In this document: positions 9,040-19,431 of the stretch, piece by piece
Layout of the letters: each line of letters opens with the position of its first letter
Position numbering within the stretch: the first letter of the stretch is position 1
Assembly (NCBI GenBank): GCA_002687175.1
Contig: NYZP01000002.1
Span: forward strand, 1,171-65,170
Source of the DNA: Parcubacteria group bacterium
GTDB taxonomy: Bacteria > Patescibacteriota > Patescibacteriia > Buchananbacterales > UBA6539
DNA: 64,000 nt
Direction: 5' to 3'
Program-made: the position numbers and the translations under genes
The notes under the pieces: model-generated
The model's database searches: none
Told to the model about the DNA's origin: nothing
Seen by the model: only the letters and a program-made list of their open reading frames with translations

Positions 9040-10200
9040 TTACTGCTTGATCGGCATGATGATATATAAATAATCAGCATCTTTTTTTGCCGGTTTTAAA
9101 ACACAGGGGCTATTGCTATCAATCAAACTAACTTCGGCCTGTTCAGTATTAATGTTTTGTAGTCCGTCAAGCAAGTAACGATAGTTAATAACAATACTGT
9201 TGCTGTCACCGGAAACTTCGCCGCTCATCCGGGATATATTTTCTCCTAGCTGATTGTTGGCCGAAGAGACAACTGTCTCTTTCTTGTCTGGTAAAAATTC
9301 TAAACTAACATCATAGATACCGCTTCTGGTAAACAAGCTGGTGGTCTTGGTGGCATTGATAAATTCAGAAACATTCAAGGTGGCGGTGGTGTTTTGTTGC
9401 TGAGGAATAATTTGTTGGTAATCTGGATACTGTCCTTCAACCAAGCGTGAAATTAATTCAATATTACCAAGGACAAATAAAATCTGATTTTCTGCTAAAT
9501 AAATTTCAACCTCATTAATATCTGAGATAGCGGCCGGATCTTTAAAACTTCCTAAAATCCGTTGGAGTTCTTGAAGGGTTCTGGTTGGGACAATTACTTT
9601 TTGGGGGACACTTGTTGATTTTTTTCCAAGGGCAACTGATTTTTCTGCCAAGCGATAGCTGTCAGTAGCTGCTAAGGTTAGCTTACCGTCAGCAAAGTTA
9701 AACAAAACTCCATTTATTTCTGGTCGTGTCTCGCTAGTAGAAACAGCAAAAATTGTTTGGCTTACGGCCTGGTGAAAATCTTGATAATCTAGGGCGTAAA
9801 CATTTTTTTTATCAATTTGAGGAATTAATGGAAAGTCGGTAGCCGGGTGCCCCTTAACCTTAGTAGAATTATTCTTGCAACTAACTCCAAGAACTTGGTC
9901 CTTGCTTTCTTTGGGGTCGCTGTTTTTAGCAATTGACAAATCAACACGTTCTTTTGGTAATAGCCCGACGTAGTCGGCCAGTAATCGTGACTGAACAGTA
10001 AAATCTCCCTCTTCCTCAACCTTGCCCCGAACAATACAGCTTACTCCAATCTCTAAATTTGTGGCTGAAAGTTTTATGGTGTTTTCTGAAGCTTGAATTA
10101 AAACATTATTTAAAATTTGTAGAGCAGTATTTTTCGAAGCGATGTGACTAACAACAAATAACCCCTGATTTAAGTTCTCTTGCGTACACGATATCTTCAT
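9040..10200 (-). CDS. dnaN: DNA polymerase III beta sliding clamp.
   Basis: Three-domain clamp architecture with N-terminal MKISCTQENL...ALQILNNVLI, positioned downstream of dnaA. Confidence 0.85.
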   Translation of the reverse strand: MKISCTQENLNQGLFVVSHIASKNTALQILNNVLIQASENTIKLSATNLEIGVSCIVRGKVEEEGDFTVQSRLLADYVGLLPKERVDLSIAKNSDPKESKDQVLGVSCKNNSTKVKGHPATDFPLIPQIDKKNVYALDYQDFHQAVSQTIFAVSTSETRPEINGVLFNFADGKLTLAATDSYRLAEKSVALGKKSTSVPQKVIVPTRTLQELQRILGSFKDPAAISDINEVEIYLAENQILFVLGNIELISRLVEGQYPDYQQIIPQQQNTTATLNVSEFINATKTTSLFTRSGIYDVSLEFLPDKKETVVSSANNQLGENISRMSGEVSGDSNSIVINYRYLLDGLQNINTEQAEVSLIDSNSPCVLKPAKKDADYLYIIMPIKQ

Positions 10201-10497
10201 AAACAGTTATTAATTATTAAGTTATATATTTAATTAATAGTATATAGTAATAGGGTGGATAAGTAGGATAACTATATAATTTACTTTAGCTAAGCAATTT
10301 TTAAGTACCTTGGTATGTTAGTCTTATGTGGACTAATCTGTCAACAAAAGCTTAATAATTTTTAGTAGTAATTTAGTGGTAACCTTGTACTCAGTTCATA
10401 CCTATTTTATCCAGCCAGTTTTGCTAAATTATTTCCCCGTATTTTGATTTCTTTTCAACACCTTTTCCAAATTATAAAAAGGTGGTTGTGGGAAACT
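10201..10497. promoter_or_regulatory. Putative oriC in the dnaA-dnaN spacer, with DnaA-box-like 9-mers and an AT-rich unwinding region.
   Basis: GTGGATAAG at 10255-10263, TTATCCAGC at 10407-10415 and TTATGTGGA near 10324, plus a very AT-rich stretch at 10201-10250. A further TTATCCCCA sits at 11946-11954 upstream of dnaA. Confidence 0.45.
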
Positions 10498-11853
10498 TTA
10501 ATTGTAAAGTCGCTCCTTAATCAACTTAACATCTTGGTTGATTTTCTCGTCTTCATCTAAAATTTTGGTAATTTTTAGATGAGCATGCATCGCGGTGGTG
10601 TGATCACGGTTTCCGATCTCTTGACCAATTGAGGGAAAAGAACTTTTTAATTCTACCCTCATTAAATACATGACAATTTGACGAGGCACCGCTAAATTCT
10701 TTTTTCGGCAGGAACCTAATAGGTCATCAATTTTAATATCAAAGAATTCAGCTACAATGTTAATTATTTGTTTAGGGGTTACTGATTTTTTACGCTGGGC
10801 CGAATAGATTGAAGACAAAATTTTTTTTACATTTTCTAAAATAGGTGCCGTACCATTTAATTGATGGTAGGCAATAATTTTATTTAAAGCACCTTCTAGC
10901 TCACGAACGTTGTTTTGCACATTAGTGGCGACATAAGCGATAGTTTCCTCATCAAGCTGGCAGTTCTTTTCCTTACATTTTGCTTTTAAAATAGCGGCCC
11001 TGGTTTCTAGATCTGGAGCAGAGATGTCAGCGATCATCCCCCACTCAAAACGTGAGATTAATCGACTTTCCATGGCTGGGATAGCCTTTGGTGCACGATC
11101 AGCAGTCATCACCACTTGTTTGTTGTTTTGGTGAAGGGCATTAAAGGTGTGAAAAAATTCTTCTTGAGTACTTTCTTTGCCTGCTAAAAATTGAACATCA
11201 TCAACTAACCAAACATCAGCTGAGCGATAAATATTTTTAAACTTATCAACTTTGTTAGTAGATATTGATTTTATGAAATCGTTGGTAAATTTTTCACAAG
11301 AGACATAAAGCACTCTTTTGTTAGGGGAACTTTCTAAGATTTTATTACCAATAGCCTGGGCTAAGTGAGTTTTACCAAGACCAACACCGCCATAAATAAA
11401 TAATGGGTTGTAAACTGCGCCTGGTTTCTCTGATATAGCTATGCTGGCAGCCTGAGCCAGCTCATTTCCTTTACCAATTACAAAATTATTAAACCCGTAG
11501 CGTTTATTAAGGCCAAATTCATTAATTCGGGGAGTTTCGGCAACAAATGTCTTGGCAATTTTCTCTTCAGCCTTTTTAATAATGATGTCGGCTTGATTTT
11601 TACCCTTAGTTTCCACCTGATAAGTAATAACCTTAACCTGATTATCAGTAATTTTCTGCAAGGCCTTGAGAATGGCGGAGTGGTACTTTTTTTCTAACCA
11701 GGCTTTAGTGAAAGTATTGGGTACACCAATGGTAATATTTTCACTATTGTAGGTATAGATAAAAGTATTTTTGAACCAAGTGGTAAAATTGGCTCGACTT
11801 AGGGTCAGCTCAAGCTCTCCTAGAGCTGCTTGCCAAATTTTTTGCTCCTCCAT
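10498..11853 (-). CDS. dnaA: Chromosomal replication initiator DnaA.
   Basis: AAA+ Walker A GVGLGKTHL and the C-terminal DnaA-box-binding HTH (RDHTTAMHA). Confidence 0.95.
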   Translation of the reverse strand: MEEQKIWQAALGELELTLSRANFTTWFKNTFIYTYNSENITIGVPNTFTKAWLEKKYHSAILKALQKITDNQVKVITYQVETKGKNQADIIIKKAEEKIAKTFVAETPRINEFGLNKRYGFNNFVIGKGNELAQAASIAISEKPGAVYNPLFIYGGVGLGKTHLAQAIGNKILESSPNKRVLYVSCEKFTNDFIKSISTNKVDKFKNIYRSADVWLVDDVQFLAGKESTQEEFFHTFNALHQNNKQVVMTADRAPKAIPAMESRLISRFEWGMIADISAPDLETRAAILKAKCKEKNCQLDEETIAYVATNVQNNVRELEGALNKIIAYHQLNGTAPILENVKKILSSIYSAQRKKSVTPKQIINIVAEFFDIKIDDLLGSCRKKNLAVPRQIVMYLMRVELKSSFPSIGQEIGNRDHTTAMHAHLKITKILDEDEKINQDVKLIKERLYN

Positions 11854-12091
11854 AAGTTTATGAGATGTTTATCGCATTGTCCCGCAAAAAGCGGGACGAT
11901 GAAGTAGTTTAAATTTAGTGACCACCCTATTATAGCACAATGAGGTTATCCCCAAAACAGCTTTTAGTTAAATAAAATGTTAATAAATTGTTGATGAAGT
12001 GTGTATAATAATTTAACCCTTTTCTATATTTTGGTCAAGACCTTTGACTAAAGGATTGAAGCCTGATATCATATATTAGTAATTGCTAATA

Positions 12092-12230
12092 TATGCCAAA
12101 AAGAACTTATCAACCAAAAAAACGTAAGCAAAAAAGAAAGCACGGCTTTATGGCGCGCTCTTCTAGCGTTGGTGGTAAAAATATTTTAAAACGCCGAAGA
12201 CAAAAGAAGCGAACTAAGTTATCAGCTTAA
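12092..12230 (+). CDS. rpmH: Ribosomal protein L34, apparently frameshifted by one extra A in a homopolymer at 12176-12181.
   Basis: Frame 0 gives [41 protein letters not shown]. The canonical L34 C-terminus ([17 protein letters not shown]) is in the +1 frame and ends at TAA 12228-12230 just before rnpA. Removing one A from the A6 run restores full-length L34. Confidence 0.6.
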
Positions 12231-12231
12231 T

Positions 12232-12573
12232 ATGTTGCCGGCTAGCAAGCGTCTAACCAAAGACAAGGATATAAAAAGAGTTAATAAAGCTGGACAGTCA
12301 TATTTTTCTCCACTTTTCAAACTAAAATACCTTGCCAATGATAAAAGTTTAAGCCGCTTTACGGTAGTGGTTTCTAATAAGGTTAGTAAGAAAGCTGTTT
12401 TGCGGAATCGTTTAAGACGACAGCTTAGAGAAATAATTAGGTTAAATTTAAAGAAAATTAAATCTGGCCATGACATTATCGTCTCTGTCAAAAGCCAATC
12501 ATTAGGCAAGACTTATCAGGATTTAGAAAATAGCCTTAACCTAGCTTTAAAAAAATCTAAATTATTAAAATGA
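12232..12573 (+). CDS. rnpA: RNase P protein component.
   Basis: Basic RNR motif region ([11 protein letters not shown]) and conserved position after rpmH. Confidence 0.85.
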   Translation: MLPASKRLTKDKDIKRVNKAGQSYFSPLFKLKYLANDKSLSRFTVVVSNKVSKKAVLRNRLRRQLREIIRLNLKKIKSGHDIIVSVKSQSLGKTYQDLENSLNLALKKSKLLK

Positions 12574-12824
12574 TTAAAATATTTAATCCCGCTAAACTTC
12601 TCGTCCTTAAATTAATAAGGATTTATCAAAAGACAATGTCTTTTGACCATGGTGCCATGAGGCACTTTTTTCCTTATGGCTATTGTCGTTTTTATCCAAC
12701 CTGTTCTGAGTACGGACATCAAGCAGTCTCCAAGTACGGAGTCATTAAAGGTGGGTTAATTACTGCTTGGCGAATTTTACGGTGTAATCCTTGGAATAGC
12801 GGTGGCCACGACGAAGTATTATAA
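12570..12824 (+). CDS. yidD: Membrane protein insertion efficiency factor YidD.
   Basis: Conserved Cys-rich motif [11 protein letters not shown]...RCNPW and rnpA-yidD-yidC synteny. Confidence 0.85.
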   Translation: MIKIFNPAKLLVLKLIRIYQKTMSFDHGAMRHFFPYGYCRFYPTCSEYGHQAVSKYGVIKGGLITAWRILRCNPWNSGGHDEVL

Positions 12825-12915
12825 TGCTAATTACAAATGTATGCGAATGCTGCGAATGGTACTAATAAACTGATTTACAATATAGTCAACATGGCGTTAA
12901 CTACTCATAAATGCT

Positions 12916-13299
12916 ATGTTGCAAAAAGTAATCTATCCTGAGTTATCCTATCAAATTATTGGCACCTGTTTTCAAGTACATAATGAGCTGGGTCGCTTTT
13001 GTAAGGAAAAGCAATATGCTGATAGATTAGAACAATTATTGAGAGCTAATCAGCTAAGGTATAGCCGAGAAATAAAAATACCATTTGAATTTAGTGAAGG
13101 ACAAGTTGGTGGTAATATAGCCGACTTCTTAATAGCTAATAAAATAATTTTAGAATGTAAAGCTAAAAAATTTGTTACTAAAGATGACTATCATCAGGTG
13201 CAAAGGTACCTGAAAGCGACAAAAATAAAATTGGGTTTAATTGTAAATTTTAGAACTGTCTATTTAAGTCCAAAGAGAGTCATTAATTATTATTTGTAG
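12916..13299 (+). CDS. GxxExxY family protein (PD-(D/E)xK superfamily).
   Basis: The family name rests on overall resemblance; no specific GxxExxY triplet was matched. It is inserted between yidD and yidC. Confidence 0.65.
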   Translation: MLQKVIYPELSYQIIGTCFQVHNELGRFCKEKQYADRLEQLLRANQLRYSREIKIPFEFSEGQVGGNIADFLIANKIILECKAKKFVTKDDYHQVQRYLKATKIKLGLIVNFRTVYLSPKRVINYYL

Positions 13300-13335
13300 T
13301 ATTCGTATAAATTCGTAAATTAGTATTATATTTTT

Positions 13336-14106
13336 ATGATTGAGCTATTTAACACATTTCTGGTAGTACCATTACTTAACCTTCTAGTATTTTTTTATAA
13401 TGTTATTCCAGGCCAAGATCTAGGAGTAGCGATTATTTTTTTAACCGTGGCCATTAAATTAGCTTTATATCCCCTGTCTCATCAATCAATCAAGTCACAA
13501 AAAGCTCTTCAGGATCTTCAGCCTAAAATGGAAGCGATAAAGAAACAGTTTAAGAATGACAAGGAAAGGCTGGCCAAAGAAATGATGGCGCTGTATAAAT
13601 CGGAAAAGGTTAATCCCCTATCTTCCTGTTTACCACTTTTAATTCAGTTACCTTTCTTGATCGCGGTGTTTCATGTATTTCGTACCGGAGTTGATTCAGC
13701 CAGCCTGGACTTACTATATTCATTCGTCGCAAATCCGGGAGAGTTAAATCCAATCGCTTTTGGTTTTTTAAATTTATCTAATCCTAATATAGTTCTGGCA
13801 GCTTTAACCGGTGGAGCTCAATTTTGGCAAACTAAGATGCTAATGTCTAAACGACAGCCAAAAGTCCCCGGGGCCAAGGATGAAGACATGATGGCAACCA
13901 TGAACAAACAGATGCTTTATTTTATGCCAATCATTACAGTAGTGATTGGGGCAACACTGCCAGCCGCCCTAATCTTATACTGGTTACTGACAACTGTTTT
14001 AACGGTGGCACAACAAAAATTGATGTTTTCCAAGAAGGGACAGAAGGAGAAAGACGATAATCAAGTAGAAATAATTGATAAACCTAATGAGAATCCTCAG
14101 CAGTGA
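13336..14106 (+). CDS. yidC: Membrane protein insertase YidC/Oxa1 (short form).
   Basis: Five-TM YidC core with a conserved Q/K-rich tail, next to yidD. Confidence 0.9.
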   Translation: MIELFNTFLVVPLLNLLVFFYNVIPGQDLGVAIIFLTVAIKLALYPLSHQSIKSQKALQDLQPKMEAIKKQFKNDKERLAKEMMALYKSEKVNPLSSCLPLLIQLPFLIAVFHVFRTGVDSASLDLLYSFVANPGELNPIAFGFLNLSNPNIVLAALTGGAQFWQTKMLMSKRQPKVPGAKDEDMMATMNKQMLYFMPIITVVIGATLPAALILYWLLTTVLTVAQQKLMFSKKGQKEKDDNQVEIIDKPNENPQQ

Positions 14107-14371
14107 ATTAATCAATTTGCCAGTGTATGCCCAAAATGGACAAAATTTGGGTAGAATAGATTCTTTTGAGGTTGACGTTGATGCTCACACCATCTTACGT
14201 TATCATATTAAAACAGGCTTGATTAAGGGCTTATGGCATGAACAGTTAGTGGTTGCTCAAAGCCAAGTTATCTCTATTTCAAAAACTAAAATGGTGGTAA
14301 AGGACGGAGTTATTAAAAAACCGGCCCTTAGTCTTAAAAAGGCGAGGTTGGCATCTCCGGCTACTAAGTAA
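14075..14371 (+). CDS. PRC-barrel domain protein.
   Basis: About 90-aa protein with PRC-barrel-like sequence (INLPVYAQNGQNLGRIDSFEVDVD). The start is uncertain. Confidence 0.45.
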   Translation: MINLMRILSSELINLPVYAQNGQNLGRIDSFEVDVDAHTILRYHIKTGLIKGLWHEQLVVAQSQVISISKTKMVVKDGVIKKPALSLKKARLASPATK

Positions 14372-14435
14372 CAGTTTACAAACAAAAAAGCCGAGACATT
14401 GAATTGTCTCGGCTTTTTCTATTCAGTTTTATGGG

Positions 14436-15200
14436 TTAAAACATTCGATTCTTGCCGACTATTACCCTTAATTTTTTAGGAACGATTTCAATTTTAACCG
14501 GAGTTTTTAGAATTTTTTGTCCATCGGTGACTACTGGCAATGAGTCTCTACTTCGTATGGAGATTTTTTTAAAAGGGATGACACTACTGTTGGCCGAAGT
14601 TGTTTTTTTAAATATTTGTGAAAAGCCAGAGGCTAGGGGTTTAATCAGAATTTCCAGTAGACCATCTTGGGGGTTGAAATAACTGCCCTGGCCTGGCGCG
14701 GCCACTAACAATGGACGGAGATTGCAAATACTAATTTCATTATGGTTCTGCGGAGTAACTTTAAATTTATCTTCACACTCGATAGTTACTTGCCCGCCAG
14801 AAACTGTTATGCTGGACAGAAAATAAGTATTATTAACTTTGCCCAAGTCAATTTTTTCAATAATTCTGGCCGCTAAAACGTTGCAGGCATCCTCTTGGGA
14901 TGGAATACCCAGTATGGTGGCTATTTTATTTTCTGCCCCGACTGGAATATAACCAACAGCGGTATTAAACTGCGCAGCCAGATTGATGATCTGACTAAAT
15001 GTTTTGTCATTGCCTACTACCACTATAGTTTTAATACCGTTTCTCACCTCTTCAGTTAATAGCTCGCCAATGTTTCTTAATGGCGACAGGCGAAATATTT
15101 TGCCACCAATACCAAGATCAGTTAATCTGGTTTCTATTTTAGCCAGAAAGCTGTTGTATTTTTTATTATTTAAAAAGGAGTCGTAAAGATGCAAGTACAT
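14436..15200 (-). CDS. Diacylglycerol/lipid kinase catalytic-domain protein (YegS/BmrU-like).
   Basis: DAGK_cat-like core (IVVVGNDKTF in place of GGDGT) and the overall fold pattern. Confidence 0.65.
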   Translation of the reverse strand: MYLHLYDSFLNNKKYNSFLAKIETRLTDLGIGGKIFRLSPLRNIGELLTEEVRNGIKTIVVVGNDKTFSQIINLAAQFNTAVGYIPVGAENKIATILGIPSQEDACNVLAARIIEKIDLGKVNNTYFLSSITVSGGQVTIECEDKFKVTPQNHNEISICNLRPLLVAAPGQGSYFNPQDGLLEILIKPLASGFSQIFKKTTSANSSVIPFKKISIRSRDSLPVVTDGQKILKTPVKIEIVPKKLRVIVGKNRMF

Positions 15201-15222
15201 AAGATTTTTATATCACTAGAGG

Positions 15223-15657
15223 CTATTTTACTTTTACGGGAGTACTAATTGGAATTTCTTTAATTTTTTGCTTAACGATTTTTTCTTTATCATCAATTTT
15301 TTCCAATTTAGTTTTTTTGTCTTCGCCAGCAATGCATTTACCATTAACGCTGGCTCCTGGCGCTATGGTTAAAGTTTTGGTTTTAATATCACCAAATACC
15401 CTGGCCGTATTAGTCAGCTCTAGACTCTCTTTTATCTTTACGTTGCCTTGGATTTCTCCAGCGACCATGGCGTTAGTCGCCGAGATCTTGGCGTATACTT
15501 TAGCGTCCTTACCGATATGTAAATTTTTCTCGGTTTTAATGCTTCCCGACACTACCCCCTCAACGATGATATCTCCATTAGCCACGAAGTTACCCTCGAC
15601 ATGTACTGAGGGACCTATCATTGTTTCGACGCTATCGCCTTCTTTTTCTTTAAACAT
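15223..15657 (-). CDS. Bactofilin family cytoskeletal protein.
   Basis: Repetitive beta-helical bactofilin pattern (VEGNFVANGDIIVEGVVSGSIKTEKNLHIGKDAKV...). Confidence 0.75.
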   Translation of the reverse strand: MFKEKEGDSVETMIGPSVHVEGNFVANGDIIVEGVVSGSIKTEKNLHIGKDAKVYAKISATNAMVAGEIQGNVKIKESLELTNTARVFGDIKTKTLTIAPGASVNGKCIAGEDKKTKLEKIDDKEKIVKQKIKEIPISTPVKVK

Positions 15658-15799
15658 AGTTTTTAGGTTATTTTTAAAATATTTGTTTATTTACTTTTCT
15701 ATTTTAGTTTCTTTTATGGTAATTGTCAAAGCCTTGATTTTTTGAGATTAATCTGCTAGACTAGATTAATCAATAAAATTAAATCACCATTAATATTCT

Positions 15800-16069
15800 A
15801 TGCCAATAAAAAAGTCAGCTTTTAAAGCCCTGACTCAATCGAATAAAAAACAGCAACTGAACAAAAAGGTTAAAAGTGACCTGTCGGCTTTGGTTAGAAA
15901 AGTTCGTAAATCAGTTGATGCCAAGGACAGTGCTAAAGCCGCAGACTGGCTAAAGCAAACGGTAAAGAAGATTGATCGAGCTGCTCAAAAAGGGATTATT
16001 AAAAAAAATACCGCTGCTCGGAAAAAATCTAGATTATCCAAGGTGGTTAATAATTTAGCAAAAAAGTAA
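15800..16069 (+). CDS. rpsT: Ribosomal protein S20.
   Basis: Basic 89-aa protein with the S20 signature KSAFKALTQSNKK...KNTAARKKSRL. Confidence 0.85.
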   Translation: MPIKKSAFKALTQSNKKQQLNKKVKSDLSALVRKVRKSVDAKDSAKAADWLKQTVKKIDRAAQKGIIKKNTAARKKSRLSKVVNNLAKK

Positions 16070-16101
16070 ACCAGTGGCAACAGGGCGTTGTCCTGCCTCC
16101 C

Positions 16102-17097
16102 CTACTGTTTTATAACAAGCAAGTCAAATAACACCTCAGGATTAGTTTGACTTGTTTTTATTTTATAATCAATGGTCATCAAGTGATGATAAATTTTTTT
16201 CAGGTCGGCGACTTGATGGTTTCTGACCTGGGCAACAGTTTTTTTAATAACAAAAGGATGTAGGCCTAATTGATAGGTTAATCTGTTGGAGACATAGCCA
16301 CTACCGTTCTCTTCAACAAAATTTTTGACTAAAAGTAGATTTTTGAACTGCCAAATAATTTTAGATAGTAGCTCGGTTGGACTGGTACCGCTCTTCAGCT
16401 GGTCAGATATCAATTTTAAGGCCAGATGTTTATTTTTTTGGCCCAAGGCTTCGGTCAATCTAAAAATATCATCATCAAGCTTAGTTTTAACTAACTGCTC
16501 AACATCCTCTACGGTAATTTGTTTGTCTGGTGAGTAGGCTATCAGTTTATTGATCTCCGAATTCATCTGCCACAAGTTATTGCCCACTAGATCAGTAAGT
16601 AGTCTGGCGGCTCGTGGTTCAATTTCTCCGCCTCGGCTTTGAATTTCATTTGCCGTAAAACGATAAACCTCGGTTTCATCAAGTAGCTTAAACTCTTGGG
16701 CAAATTTTTCTTTTTGTAGTCGAGCTAAAAGCAGACCACTGCTTTTAGTACCAGCCTTGGACCTAGCTTTTTTGGTCTTGTCATTACCCAGCCCCCCTTC
16801 CCAAAAAACAATAACAGTATCCTTTGAACCATCTTTGTCCAAGACCTCCAGGACTTCTTCCTGGATTTTTTTCTTTTTGTTTTTGGAAATTAAGTCCTCC
16901 ACTATTATTAACCGTTTTTTGGCTAAAAATGGTGGAGCGGCGACTGATGTAGCAAATTGAGCAGTATCCAGTTTTGGACCATCAAGCGTTTCAATATTTA
17001 AAGCTGACTTATCAATATCAGCAATAAATTTGCCCTTAATGGCTTTAAGTTTTTGTCGTGATCTAAAGGTATCAGGGCCGTAAAGAAAGATAATCAT
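16102..17097 (-). CDS. holA: DNA polymerase III delta subunit.
   Basis: N-terminal IIFLYGPD motif and delta-subunit length and architecture. Confidence 0.7.
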   Translation of the reverse strand: MIIFLYGPDTFRSRQKLKAIKGKFIADIDKSALNIETLDGPKLDTAQFATSVAAPPFLAKKRLIIVEDLISKNKKKKIQEEVLEVLDKDGSKDTVIVFWEGGLGNDKTKKARSKAGTKSSGLLLARLQKEKFAQEFKLLDETEVYRFTANEIQSRGGEIEPRAARLLTDLVGNNLWQMNSEINKLIAYSPDKQITVEDVEQLVKTKLDDDIFRLTEALGQKNKHLALKLISDQLKSGTSPTELLSKIIWQFKNLLLVKNFVEENGSGYVSNRLTYQLGLHPFVIKKTVAQVRNHQVADLKKIYHHLMTIDYKIKTSQTNPEVLFDLLVIKQ

Positions 17098-17184
17098 AGT
17101 AGATCTATTTTAGCAAAATTTATTATAAAATTACAGGGTAACTAATTTTGGCTAGTAATTGATTAATGGTAAAATGATTGTATT

Positions 17185-18597
17185 ATGACAGATTTAATAA
17201 AGTTATATACCGATGAGCAGGATAAACTGAAAAAATACCAGGAAAAAGATCCTGGTCTGGTAACCCCTCAAAGGAATTTTAGTTATCAAGAGATTTTAAG
17301 TTATATTGGCATTAATGTTGATTTTGGTTTTTTACCCCAGGGGTATCTTAATTTTTATCATCAAGATTTTATAGTTGAAGAGGTTGATAGTAAAGGTGAG
17401 GCAATTACCATTGAGCCAGGCAGTCTTGATTTAGTTACTGCTAAACCAGGTGATAAAACATTATATGCCCAGATGGTTAAGGTTGGCCTGTCAACCCTGG
17501 AAGCCAGAGAAAATTTAGCTCAAGCTTTAGGGGTACCCGTTAAACAGATCAATTATGGCGGAATTAAAGACAAGGTAGCTATTACCTCCCAGCAGATTTC
17601 TCTGAGGGGTATAAACCCAGAAAAAGGTGAGGAGATAGTTAAAGGACTTAAAGTTTCAGGTCTTTATTTAAAAAATTTATCCTGGGGCAAAGGTATTATC
17701 GAAAAAGGTAAAATTAGAGGTAATCGGTTTATCATTACGGTGAGAACGCCATCAACTCTTGGTCAAGGTTGGCTTGATCAAGCTCTAGATCGAGTTAAAG
17801 ACGGGTTTAATAATTTTTATTATTTGCAACGTTTTGGTTCTCCTCGGTTATTAAGCCATACCTTAGGTAAGCTGATCCTTCAGCAAGAATATGAAGCGGT
17901 GGTTAAAACTTTTTTAACAAGCACCGGAGTGCAAGATGTGCCACTGTTAAGCCGTATCAGAGAACAAGCAGTTAATGATTTTGGCAATTGGCAAAAGTTA
18001 GAAGAACTGTTCTCTGAATTACCCTATACTTTTCGTTTAGAATTAGGCTTGATCAGATATTTAGCCAAGAAGCCCGATGATTATTTAGGGGCCTTGAAAA
18101 GTATTGAGGACCAAACAACCTTATGGGTTTATGCCTATGCCAGTTATTTATTTAATCTGCATTTATCCAGCTCAGTTACTAAGGGAGAAACTTTGGTAGC
18201 AGAATTGCCCTTATTATTAAATCCTCAGCATACGGCGATCAAAACTTACGCTCAGAAATTAAGTGAGGACAATATTTTGGATCTAAAGAAATCAGCCCAG
18301 GCCTTTTTTGGTCGTGATGTTTTACATCAGAAAAATGTGTGTTTAACCAAGGTACCAGTTAAAGTTATTAATACTAAAATTATTGAAAAAGGAGTGGTCA
18401 TTGCTTTTGAGTTACCAGTTGGTGCTTATGCCACCACCTTTTTAACTCATTTATTTTCCCTTTATCGAGGATTGCCAATTCCCGAGTGGTTGGACAAGAC
18501 TAAGCATGACGGTAAAAAAATATTAAACCTTGGTTCAGTGGCACCAGTTGAAGAAGTTTTAGGAGAATACATATTTAGTCAGGACAAAGGCCAATAA
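17185..18597 (+). CDS. truD: tRNA pseudouridine(13) synthase TruD.
   Basis: TruD motif FNNFYYLQRFG (FxNYFGxQRFG) and the catalytic Asp region. Confidence 0.7.
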   Translation: MTDLIKLYTDEQDKLKKYQEKDPGLVTPQRNFSYQEILSYIGINVDFGFLPQGYLNFYHQDFIVEEVDSKGEAITIEPGSLDLVTAKPGDKTLYAQMVKVGLSTLEARENLAQALGVPVKQINYGGIKDKVAITSQQISLRGINPEKGEEIVKGLKVSGLYLKNLSWGKGIIEKGKIRGNRFIITVRTPSTLGQGWLDQALDRVKDGFNNFYYLQRFGSPRLLSHTLGKLILQQEYEAVVKTFLTSTGVQDVPLLSRIREQAVNDFGNWQKLEELFSELPYTFRLELGLIRYLAKKPDDYLGALKSIEDQTTLWVYAYASYLFNLHLSSSVTKGETLVAELPLLLNPQHTAIKTYAQKLSEDNILDLKKSAQAFFGRDVLHQKNVCLTKVPVKVINTKIIEKGVVIAFELPVGAYATTFLTHLFSLYRGLPIPEWLDKTKHDGKKILNLGSVAPVEEVLGEYIFSQDKGQ

Positions 18598-18627
18598 AAA
18601 TTTTATAATTTATTTTTTACAAAGAGA

Positions 18628-18667
18628 AGAGCCGACCTACAACATTGTTGCAAGTCGGCTCTTTTTG
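18628..18667 (+). terminator. Rho-independent terminator after truD.
   Basis: Stem agagccgac...gtcggctct followed by a T run. Confidence 0.6.
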
Positions 18668-18678
18668 TTCTTTTCGGG

Positions 18679-19368
18679 TTATTCGGTCTCGTTTTCTTCG
18701 TCTTCAGAGACCGAGGTTTCCACGGCAATTGCCTTGAGGGTTTTGTCCCTCACTACGATCGCGTTTTGAGGAGTGTCGTAACACTGCTCCTTGTCATTCC
18801 AGCTACGGCCAACCATGTTGACTGTCGCACAGCCGTCGGGGTTGTTCCAGACGTGGCAGTACTTCCATGTCGTGTTGGCCAATTCGCGGAGCGCTTCAAC
18901 CGTTTTTCGCAGCAGTTTCGGAATTTTTTCCGAAGGCTCAACTGCCCGATAGGTCAGACAAACCACGAATTTCGGTTTCGGCGAATGCGATTGGCCGGCC
19001 CGTTTGTTAGGCTGATGCCTAAACCAATGGGCGTCGGCGATGACGAAATCATTGTTGGCAAAACCGCTTCGCAGGGCCGCGACCTGGACGTTGAGGAGAT
19101 TGTCAATGACATGTTCTCCCGAGTCCACTCGCTCTTCACGCTTTCTGCTAACCTGAGCCTTCTCCGCCATTCCGTTAACCGCGGCCCAAATGGCGTGTTG
19201 GGAATCAACTTCCTTGTCGCCTTCCCTGGCCTTTTCCGGAATGCCGGCCGGGATGTGCTTGGGGTTAGTGAAGTTAAACTTCACTAGGACACGGTCGGGC
19301 GCTCCTTTGACTGCGCTAAGGCTTACCGTTCCGGTTCCTTCATCCTGCTGCATGGCTGTCGCCTCCAT
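18679..19368 (-). CDS. Hypothetical protein of 229 aa on a mid-GC island. Function unknown.
   Basis: Has its own AAGGAG RBS 9 nt before the ATG. Composition contrasts sharply with the flanks. No motif recognised. Confidence 0.55.
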   Translation of the reverse strand: MEATAMQQDEGTGTVSLSAVKGAPDRVLVKFNFTNPKHIPAGIPEKAREGDKEVDSQHAIWAAVNGMAEKAQVSRKREERVDSGEHVIDNLLNVQVAALRSGFANNDFVIADAHWFRHQPNKRAGQSHSPKPKFVVCLTYRAVEPSEKIPKLLRKTVEALRELANTTWKYCHVWNNPDGCATVNMVGRSWNDKEQCYDTPQNAIVVRDKTLKAIAVETSVSEDEENETE

Positions 19369-19431
19369 TTCAGATCTCCTTCGTTGTTTTTCAGTAATGG
19401 TTGGATTTTGAGTTTTCCGTGAACCACAGTA

